Source: Parasynechococcus marenigrum WH 8102 (GTDB taxonomy: Bacteria; Cyanobacteriota; Cyanobacteriia; PCC-6307; Cyanobiaceae). Taken from it: DNA of 32,000 bases. The translations under genes and the position numbers were made by a program. The first letter of the stretch is position 1, and the number at the start of each line of letters is the position of its first letter. Where the stretch lies: the NCBI RefSeq assembly GCF_000195975.1, contig NC_005070.1, positions 2,310,001 to 2,342,000 on the forward strand. Direction: 5' to 3'. This document shows positions 7,468 through 13,338 of the stretch, piece after piece. Under the pieces are notes generated by a model, which saw only the letters and a list, made by a program, of their open reading frames with translations, was not told where the DNA came from and ran no database searches.

Positions 7468-7740
7468 GTGAATCTTGATTTTGTATACACAAGATATCTT
7501 TCAGATTGTGATGGGCCAAATCTTCTTCTCCTGGAAAGTCAAGCGAGAGATTTCAAACAAGGTATCTGGTCAGAAGGTAAGCAAGGTATTACGAGGCCCT
7601 GGATTTATAGGAGGGGATCCAATGCAAGACTTCGTTGTAGCGAAATCTCTTCGTGGGATAAAGCGCAATTACTTCTTCAAGAGGGTCACGTCTATCTAGA
7701 TCGCGATAATGATGGTGAAGCCTGTGAAGGACTTCGTTGA
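7468..7740 (+). pseudogene. Truncated thermonuclease (SNase-like) C-terminus fused to an Excalibur Ca-binding domain
   Basis: 90-aa frame opening with GTG. It retains only the C-terminal SNase elements (ESQARDFKQGIWSE...RPWIYRR) plus an Excalibur motif (LDRDNDGEACEGL). The N-terminal OB-fold and catalytic part are absent, and the frame begins about 80 bp from the divergent methyltransferase start. Confidence 0.5.
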
Positions 7741-7756
7741 TTACTTTTATTGAGCT

Positions 7757-8140
7757 ATGGCAAGGACTACCGCGAAAGAACGTTTAGCCCGTAGGGAACA
7801 TGCGCTGGAGTTGCTTGCTGACGGCAACAGCTTCAGAACGGTTGCGGCGCTTGTGTCGGGAAAGTACGGGGTATCTGAGAGAACAGCTCAACGGGACTTG
7901 ACTTGGGCGAGAAACAGACTGGTAGGTGAACTGAGTTCGACGGAAGTCAAAGAGCTGTTGGCATGGTTCTGCCATAGAACTCAGACCATCGTTCAGAAAG
8001 CCGAGAAAGCAGGTGCATACGGTGCTGCTGTTGCTGGCATGAACCTGATTTACCAAGCGGTGCTGTCACGCGAGCTGGACAGTATTCACAGCAACCGGCA
8101 TCGGGGATACGGCAACCGCCACGGCAACACCCTGCGCTGA
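7757..8140 (+). CDS. Hypothetical HTH DNA-binding protein (127 aa)
   Basis: N-terminal helix-turn-helix-like segment (NSFRTVAALVSGKYGVSERTAQRDLTWARNRL), a helical C-terminal half and a basic G/H/R-rich tail. GC returns to host-like here. Confidence 0.55.
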   Translation: MARTTAKERLARREHALELLADGNSFRTVAALVSGKYGVSERTAQRDLTWARNRLVGELSSTEVKELLAWFCHRTQTIVQKAEKAGAYGAAVAGMNLIYQAVLSRELDSIHSNRHRGYGNRHGNTLR

Positions 8141-8159
8141 GGCGGGAGTGGGTAGAGCC

Positions 8160-8354
8160 TTAAAAGCAGCCCTCTGTCTTCAAATCTTCGTTCACCTTCA
8201 ACAGATCCGCTGAAGCAACAGGATCAGAGACGGCATCTCTGAGGCGCTCCTGTACACGAACCTTCGCGCGGAACATGGCATCGCATCTCAGGTAATCAAC
8301 AGGAGGCGTGCAGGCGCTGAGCAGCAGCGGCAGGAGCAGGAGAAGTCGTTTCAT
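8160..8354 (-). CDS. Small lipoprotein (64 aa)
   Basis: Internal ATG at 8354 gives MKRLLLLLPLLLSAC-TPP, a classical signal peptide II with lipobox LSAC. Three further Cys in the mature part. Confidence 0.6.
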   Translation of the reverse strand: MKRLLLLLPLLLSACTPPVDYLRCDAMFRAKVRVQERLRDAVSDPVASADLLKVNEDLKTEGCF

Positions 8355-8495
8355 CCCACAGGCATAGCTACGCCGCCACTGTGCCAGTTCCATCGCGATC
8401 TCACTGGCGACCCTGACGGTGATTTTTCACCCGGCAGGTGGTGGAGCACGGCTTGGAGCATGTGCCGGAATCGGATCAAGGGCAATAAAGAGGGC

Positions 8496-8515
8496 CTGCT
8501 CTAGAAACTGCTCTA
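8496..8515 (-). promoter_or_regulatory. Pair of TAGAGCAG motifs (minus orientation) with 12-bp spacing, internal to the element
   Basis: CTGCTCTA at 8496-8503 and 8508-8515. This is the same motif and spacing as the pairs at 3587/3599 and 12567/12579. It lies between the ATPase stop (8649) and the lipoprotein start (8354). Confidence 0.45.
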
Positions 8516-8648
8516 AACAGCACAAGAGCCCACCATGACATCAGTGACAACAGGCATTTTAGGGGATTGACCACCTGCTGATGGAGTAGGTGCTCTTAAG
8601 GGAATAGGCCATCAGACGACCTCTCGCTTAGGCCAATGAGGATCGTCT

Positions 8649-9683
8649 TCACCACCGATGTACGGAACTGTGGTTAGAGGGGGTGTGCGTGACATGGGAA
8701 AAATCCCCAACGCCGTAGAGGTATTCAGGACGGCCACGCTTGCCGGTTATGCGTTGGTGACGCTGTAGCTGGCCTTGTTCAAACAGGTCAAAGCAGACCA
8801 ACCGTGCGTGTTTTGCATTGCCACCAAGAGCCGTCACCATCTCGGTGATGGACTGATAGCCGTGTTGCTCAACGTGCTGCAGAACCCTTTTGGCCAGCCT
8901 TTCTGACTCAACTGGCTTCTGTTGGTCCTGCTGCTCTGCAAGCCACCAGCTGTAAGTCTCGCTATCGCGCTCAAGAACCCATGTGGTGCCTGGCTCGATA
9001 TTCCTCTTGCCAAGGGCATGCAGTGAGAACTTGCCGTCGTTGAGGCTTGTCAAACCCCAGCCGTCTTGAACTGCAGCACTGATGGTTCCAACGCCAGAGA
9101 TGTCGTCCCACTCAATTTCTGTACACTTACGCCTGATGCCATTGCCGTCTGGCCGTCGTTTGTTGCAGTGAGCAGTCATCAACATCGACACGCCGTTGTT
9201 GACCAGGGATTTGTTGAGTCGGTACAGGACATCAACAATTTCACTGTCAACAGTGCGCTGGCCCTCACAGCACAGAACTGTGGTCAAGCTGTCGCAGCCA
9301 ATGAATCCGTACTCCTGTGACTGAATGGTCTGCAGGAGCTGTTCAAAGGGAAACGGCTCCTCCAGGTAAATGACATCGAAGTTGCGTTTCAGCTCCTGTC
9401 GCCGGAACTTGCGTTCGCTTAACTTCTCAGGCTCATCACCTTGAATCAGCAGTGCCTTGGCCTGCTGTGTTTTGAAGGCACCCAGAAAGGAATTGCCTTC
9501 TTGAACTGCCTCACAGCAGAGGTTCATCAAGGTGGTTTTGCCAGTGCCCCGATCTGCTGGGAGCACAACAATGCCGCTGGCTGCGAACTGATGAACGCGC
9601 CAGTTTTTTCCTAGGTCCTGCACACCCCCTTTTTCTGAGTCATGGATTAAGTCCTTTAGTGGCCGGTAGTCGTATTCGCTCAT
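8649..9683 (-). CDS. RecA-fold P-loop ATPase, RepA/AAA_25-like (putative replicative helicase of the element) with C-terminal winged-helix
   Basis: Walker A ADRGTGKTT, Walker B YGFIGCDSL, MLMTAHCNK sensor-like strand. C-terminal wHTH-like LQHVEQHGYQSITEMVTALGGNAKHARLVCFDLFEQGQL. ATG 9683 overlaps the upstream stop (ATGA); the track's 9692 start is a GTG. Confidence 0.7.
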   Translation of the reverse strand: MSEYDYRPLKDLIHDSEKGGVQDLGKNWRVHQFAASGIVVLPADRGTGKTTLMNLCCEAVQEGNSFLGAFKTQQAKALLIQGDEPEKLSERKFRRQELKRNFDVIYLEEPFPFEQLLQTIQSQEYGFIGCDSLTTVLCCEGQRTVDSEIVDVLYRLNKSLVNNGVSMLMTAHCNKRRPDGNGIRRKCTEIEWDDISGVGTISAAVQDGWGLTSLNDGKFSLHALGKRNIEPGTTWVLERDSETYSWWLAEQQDQQKPVESERLAKRVLQHVEQHGYQSITEMVTALGGNAKHARLVCFDLFEQGQLQRHQRITGKRGRPEYLYGVGDFSHVTHTPSNHSSVHRW

Positions 9684-10390
9684 GACAGCCACCCGTTGAG
9701 TTCAGGACAGCCGAGGTCGTTTTTACGGAAACAATCCACGTCACGGCGTTGGTACCGCAAGGTCTTGATCTTGTGCTGCACAGCGATGACATACCGCCGG
9801 TATTTGGCGTTGTGCCTGGCCGCATCAACCAACAATGGCAACAGCTCATCGCCCTTGTATTCAGCCTTGTAAATGGCTTTGAAGTAGTGGCGCAGCTCAT
9901 CAGGACTGCACAGTTCAAATTCAGGACATGCCATTGCCTCACGCCATTCAGCAATGAACTGAGGCAATAGCCGTCGCCACCTAGTACTGACGTGCCGTTT
10001 TGGTTTTGACCGTTGGCTACGGCGTTGATTTGCTGGCGGCCATGGCTTGAAAAGCGTGCAAGCGCCGGTATGGCCGCAGTTGGTGCGATGACGAAACCAC
10101 GTCTGACCACGCCACCGGAATTGATCCGACAGCGGGCTGTTGTGGCAGAACAACGTGGTGTCGTTGAAAGCGCAGTCGCCGTCTTTGACCCGATCACAAG
10201 CGCATGGGTTCTTACGCCCTGATCTGGTCAGCTTCTGCTCTAAAAAGTGACCTAGGCGCGGTTTAGTAGATCTAGACCTACTAGTCGTACCAGTTGATTT
10301 GGATGCACTAACAACCTGCCTACATAGCAGGGTGTCAGCTAGCCTTGAGGTAACACGGGCCTCATGGCTGCTCAATTTTTGGGCAGTCAT
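9680..10390 (-). CDS. Hypothetical Cys-rich protein (236 aa), no recognised family
   Basis: Track ORF packed tightly between neighbours (3-nt gap upstream, ATGA overlap downstream). Has an S/T/R-rich N-terminal linker, a Cys/His cluster (CACDRVKDGDCAFNDTTLFCHN...CGHTGAC) and a helical C-terminal domain. Confidence 0.55.
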   Translation of the reverse strand: MTAQKLSSHEARVTSRLADTLLCRQVVSASKSTGTTSRSRSTKPRLGHFLEQKLTRSGRKNPCACDRVKDGDCAFNDTTLFCHNSPLSDQFRWRGQTWFRHRTNCGHTGACTLFKPWPPANQRRSQRSKPKRHVSTRWRRLLPQFIAEWREAMACPEFELCSPDELRHYFKAIYKAEYKGDELLPLLVDAARHNAKYRRYVIAVQHKIKTLRYQRRDVDCFRKNDLGCPELNGWLS

Positions 10391-10393
10391 TTT

Positions 10394-10594
10394 TTATGCC
10401 TTTTTGATTTCGTCTTGTTCCCAACCAGGGCCGCGATCAACCTTGATGCCGTCCTGATCAGGGAAAGTTGTGGCTGCTGTCCAGCCGTAAGAATTAGTCG
10501 CCCTAGTGACAACTCCGAGCTGCCAATCAGGATCCGGTGAGATGCCTGAAGTGACGTTCAGGAAAACAACGTCACCAATGCTGTACAGAGTCAT
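10394..10594 (-). CDS. Hypothetical protein (66 aa)
   Basis: Track ORF. Its start shares one base with the upstream stop. Beta-rich composition. No recognised family. Confidence 0.5.
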   Translation of the reverse strand: MTLYSIGDVVFLNVTSGISPDPDWQLGVVTRATNSYGWTAATTFPDQDGIKVDRGPGWEQDEIKKA

Positions 10595-10821
10595 CAGACC
10601 AACTCCTTAATGAGGTGTTCTGCTGCCCGTTGCATGCGGCCACGCTTGTGCAGTTCCTTCTGGATGCGGTCAACGTCCCAGCGGATGCCGGCGTTAGAAC
10701 TGGCGCCCAAGAAATAGTGTTCCCCGCCGACTAAGAAGCCGCCATGGGTGTCTCTGAGGCTTTTTAAGTAGCTTTGACTGACTTGGAGATGCTGTGCGGC
10801 ATCTGGGGTCCGTAACAACAT
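10594..10821 (-). CDS. Excisionase-like / MerR-AlpA-type HTH DNA-binding protein (75 aa)
   Basis: Internal ATG 10821 of the 10594..10896 track ORF gives MLLRTPDAAQHLQVSQSYLKSLRDTHGG..., the usual N-terminal HTH layout of small excisionase-family proteins. It sits downstream of the integrase on the same strand. Confidence 0.55.
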   Translation of the reverse strand: MLLRTPDAAQHLQVSQSYLKSLRDTHGGFLVGGEHYFLGASSNAGIRWDVDRIQKELHKRGRMQRAAEHLIKELV

Positions 10822-11054
10822 GGGAAACGTTCTTGGCGAATTCCCATGCACTGAGCAATGACCTGCACATAGCGAGGAAACTTCGTGAAGTTCCAAAGCA
10901 TGTAGGGGTGCTTGTCCGCCACAAGGCGTCGCAAGTTGGCCTCAATTTCAGTCGCGCTGAGTTCTCCATGCGGCACTCTGATCACAACACTGTGACCATT
11001 GACGATGGATTGCTTTCCCCGAGCTTTCTGTTTGCGCGTGACCTTGCGAGTCAT
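10764..11054 (-). CDS. Hypothetical basic protein (96 aa; boundaries uncertain)
   Basis: ATG 11054 inside the 10764..11234 track ORF gives MTRKVTRKQKARGKQSIVNGHSVVIRVPHGELSATEIEANLRRLV.... The upstream 60 codons are W/C-rich and look non-coding. The 3' end overlaps the Xis-like ORF by 58 nt. Confidence 0.35.
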   Translation of the reverse strand: MTRKVTRKQKARGKQSIVNGHSVVIRVPHGELSATEIEANLRRLVADKHPYMLWNFTKFPRYVQVIAQCMGIRQERFPCCYGPQMPHSISKSVKAT

Positions 11055-11270
11055 TGGTGCATAGGAGTGGAATATCCATCCCGTTAGACGCTCAATGCGA
11101 ATCGGCCATGCTCGGGGAGAGCAGTTGTGACGGGGGTCTGGGATCAACCAGCCGTTGTCCGTCAGAGGATCGGTCAAACAATGGCGAGACCAATCTGCGG
11201 TTGTCAACCACAGCCAGCTACAGCAATGTGGCAAGCCTCGTTAAAACTTATGGCATACCACTTTTGAGTC

Positions 11271-12539
11271 TCAGTAATCAGCAGTGACCAAACCTTCGGT
11301 GTATCGCTCAACTGCCGCTTCCAGACTGGCTTCATCAACCCATTGACCATATGTCGCCATATGCACAGTGGGCGTATGACCCATAAGCGCACTTGCTTGT
11401 CGAACGTGCAAAGGATGAGTTGAGCAAACATGACAGCGCCATGCCCACGAATGCCGCAGCGAATAAATCGTGGTGTCTGGATTACTTCGCACCAAGTTTT
11501 GCCAGGGTGCGTATCGGCGAAGCAACTGCCCGTAGGCATGACCAACCTGCTTAAAGCTTTGCTTCTCCTCAACCTTAGAAATTTCGTTCAGAACCGACTG
11601 GGGCAGTTTCACCAGACCAGAGGCATAAAGCTGCAGTGCCTTCATGCCTTCACCTTCACGGCCTTCGATGTCTAGTGGCAGGCACAGCCGTGGCGGCTTT
11701 GGCTTCTGCGCCAGTGAAGCCGTGTTCCTTTTGACGGCACCGGCATAAAGCCGACCTTCTTTGACGCTCAACAGAGCCAGCTCTGCGGGCCTGAGCCCAA
11801 ACAGCGATATCAAGGCTGTCGCTAAACGCAGGTCATGACGGCCATCTGCCTCCATCTGGTCCAACAGGGCAGCAAGGTCTGGCGACTTAATTGGTGGGGT
11901 CAAACGCGCCTGCGTACTGGTGGCGGAAACACCGATCAGTTCAGCTGTGAATGACTTCTCCTGCGGCAGCCAACACTGATGGGCACCAGCCCGGTCAACG
12001 GCGTAACGCAAGAAGGCCACGATGCTTTGAATGTTGCGCCTACGGCCTTCACCGCCAGATTCCATGTCGGAGAAAAAGAGCTGCGCGTAACGCTTCAGCA
12101 AGGCTCTGGAATCACGCGGCTTGGGCTTTTGATCCAGGCACACCAGCAAGCGATTCAGACGCGTTCTGAGGTCAGACAGCGTTGAGCTGCGAAGACCTTG
12201 CTTGCCCTTCAGGTACTCCTGCACAACAGCAGACCAACCTTGTTCAGCAACGCCGCTGTGACTGGAGGGAACTGCAAGTTCTGCGGTGTCTAGACGAACA
12301 GCCTCAGCAAGGCTGAGATTGCGGCTTTCCATCAGCTGCCGCACGCGGGTGACGGCGTTCAAGATCTGCACCGAGTTGGTGGCTTTCCACTCAATAGGCA
12401 GCACCTTGGCGCTCTTGGTGCCGTCTTCATGGACACGCGTCAGCTTGGTCTTGCCGCTTTGGGCAATGAGGTTCCAACCAAAGCCGTGGTTGTCCTTGAT
12501 CTGACGCCGAAGCGTCTTTTCCCATTGCTGGGCGGGCAT
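11271..12539 (-). CDS. int: Tyrosine recombinase / phage-type integrase (422 aa)
   Basis: Catalytic signature readable in the C-terminal domain: GLRPAEL (Arg I), YSLRHSWAWR (His-x-x-Arg), LMGHT (His/Trp III) and HMATYGQW (nucleophile Tyr). It lies next to the tRNA 3' end. Confidence 0.92.
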   Translation of the reverse strand: MPAQQWEKTLRRQIKDNHGFGWNLIAQSGKTKLTRVHEDGTKSAKVLPIEWKATNSVQILNAVTRVRQLMESRNLSLAEAVRLDTAELAVPSSHSGVAEQGWSAVVQEYLKGKQGLRSSTLSDLRTRLNRLLVCLDQKPKPRDSRALLKRYAQLFFSDMESGGEGRRRNIQSIVAFLRYAVDRAGAHQCWLPQEKSFTAELIGVSATSTQARLTPPIKSPDLAALLDQMEADGRHDLRLATALISLFGLRPAELALLSVKEGRLYAGAVKRNTASLAQKPKPPRLCLPLDIEGREGEGMKALQLYASGLVKLPQSVLNEISKVEEKQSFKQVGHAYGQLLRRYAPWQNLVRSNPDTTIYSLRHSWAWRCHVCSTHPLHVRQASALMGHTPTVHMATYGQWVDEASLEAAVERYTEGLVTADY

Positions 12540-12550
12540 GGAAGCGGGGC

Positions 12551-12596
12551 TTGCTCTAAGCCGTTCTAGAGCAGTTTTTAGAGCAAAACAGCTCTA
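12551..12596. promoter_or_regulatory. Cluster of TAGAGCA[AG] motifs between the integrase start and attR (candidate arm-type sites / int promoter-operator)
   Basis: TTGCTCTA 12551-12558 (inverted), TAGAGCAG 12567-12574, TAGAGCAA 12579-12586, and a degenerate inverted copy CAGCTCTA 12589-12596. Confidence 0.5.
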
Positions 12597-12679
12597 GCAA
12601 GCCGCGGCCAGCTGTAGCCAGACAGTAAAAAAGCGGACTTGCGACCGCTCAGAAACGAGAAGTGAACTGGGTTTTTGGA

Positions 12680-12732
12680 GAGTGGGCGATGCTGGGATCG
12701 AACCAGCGACAATCTCCTTGTAAGGGAGGTGC
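12680..12732. repeat. attR: 53-bp direct repeat forming the 3' half of the intact tRNA-Val
   Basis: Matches 3480-3532 at every base. Confidence 0.95.
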
Positions 12733-12754
12733 TCTACCGCTGAGCTAATCGCCC
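12683..12754 (-). tRNA. tRNA-Val (anticodon UAC)
   Basis: Folded by hand on the minus strand: acceptor GGGCGAT/ATCGCCC, D-arm GCTC-AGCGGTA-GAGC, anticodon arm CCTCC-CTTACAA-GGAGA (one C-A mismatch at 27:43), variable TTGTC, T-arm GCTGG-TTCGATC-CCAGC, discriminator A. 72 nt, CCA not encoded. Confidence 0.9.
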
Positions 12755-12813
12755 ATTGCAGCGAATTCTGCCTCAACGCGGCAGCCTGACCACAGCCGTC
12801 ACGTCGGTTCACC

Positions 12814-13308
12814 ATGGCCTCCGGCCGGGCCCATGACCGCGCCACACTGATTGGTGGTGCACCCATCGGAATGGCTGCTGCCGTGTTGTGGGGAGCTGAC
12901 GCCGGCTTCATCGCAGCTGCGGGGTGCCTCATCGGCGGACTCTGGCTCTCTCCGGATCTCGACACCCACTCCAACGCCCTGCGGCGCTGGGGACCACTCC
13001 GTGGGCTGTGGTGGCCCTACCGACGCCTGATTCCCCACCGATCGCTCTGGTCCCACGGGCCCTTGATCGGCACAGCCCTGCGATTGATGCTGCTGCTGGG
13101 CTGGTGGGTTGTGTTGTCACTACTGATCGGTTGGCCCACAAACGCCGGGTTGCCGCAGCTGGTCAGCTGGCTGAAGCAGCAGCCTCAGCAGGCCATCGCC
13201 CTCGGAATCGGACTGGAGGCGAGTGCCTGGCTGCACCTGATCCTGGATGGAGATCCCTGGCCGGTGGAATGGTCACCGCGGCGGCTAGGGCAACGGCGGC
13301 GGCGGTGA
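12814..13308 (+). CDS. Membrane protein, DUF2227-like putative metal-binding protein
   Basis: 164 aa with several hydrophobic helices and a conserved-looking SPDLDTHS...RWG...WWPYRRLIPHRSLWSHGPLIGT segment that I recall for that family. Assigned from memory, not searched. Confidence 0.55.
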   Translation: MASGRAHDRATLIGGAPIGMAAAVLWGADAGFIAAAGCLIGGLWLSPDLDTHSNALRRWGPLRGLWWPYRRLIPHRSLWSHGPLIGTALRLMLLLGWWVVLSLLIGWPTNAGLPQLVSWLKQQPQQAIALGIGLEASAWLHLILDGDPWPVEWSPRRLGQRRRR

Positions 13309-13338
13309 GAGGGTGGGCGCGCGTCGATCCACCCCTCC

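Larger units (their letters stand above)
3480..12732. mobile_element. tRNA-Val-targeting integrative element (about 9.2 kb) with tyrosine integrase, Xis-like HTH, RepA-like ATPase and cargo
   Basis: Perfect 53-bp direct repeats at both ends, one of them part of an intact tRNA. The integrase gene abuts the tRNA 3' side. Content is accessory or unrecognisable, with mosaic GC and repeated TAGAGCA[AG] motifs at both arms. Confidence 0.9.

Noticed and set aside
9640-10197. 185-aa alternative minus-strand frame overlapping the Cys-rich ORF
   Set aside because: S/T/C/R-rich, and it would break the coupled gene junctions. The 9680-10390 frame fits the operon architecture.
10250-10284. Polylinker-like run of CCTAGG, AGATCT, TCTAGA and ACTAGT as a cloning or assembly artefact
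   Set aside because: It is in frame inside a tightly packed operon, flanked by element-specific motifs, and no vector-like sequence surrounds it. I read it as a natural palindromic site.
10794-11087. 97-aa plus-strand ORF opposite the Xis-like region
   Set aside because: It is antisense to two co-directional minus-strand ORFs, with no start context or motif.
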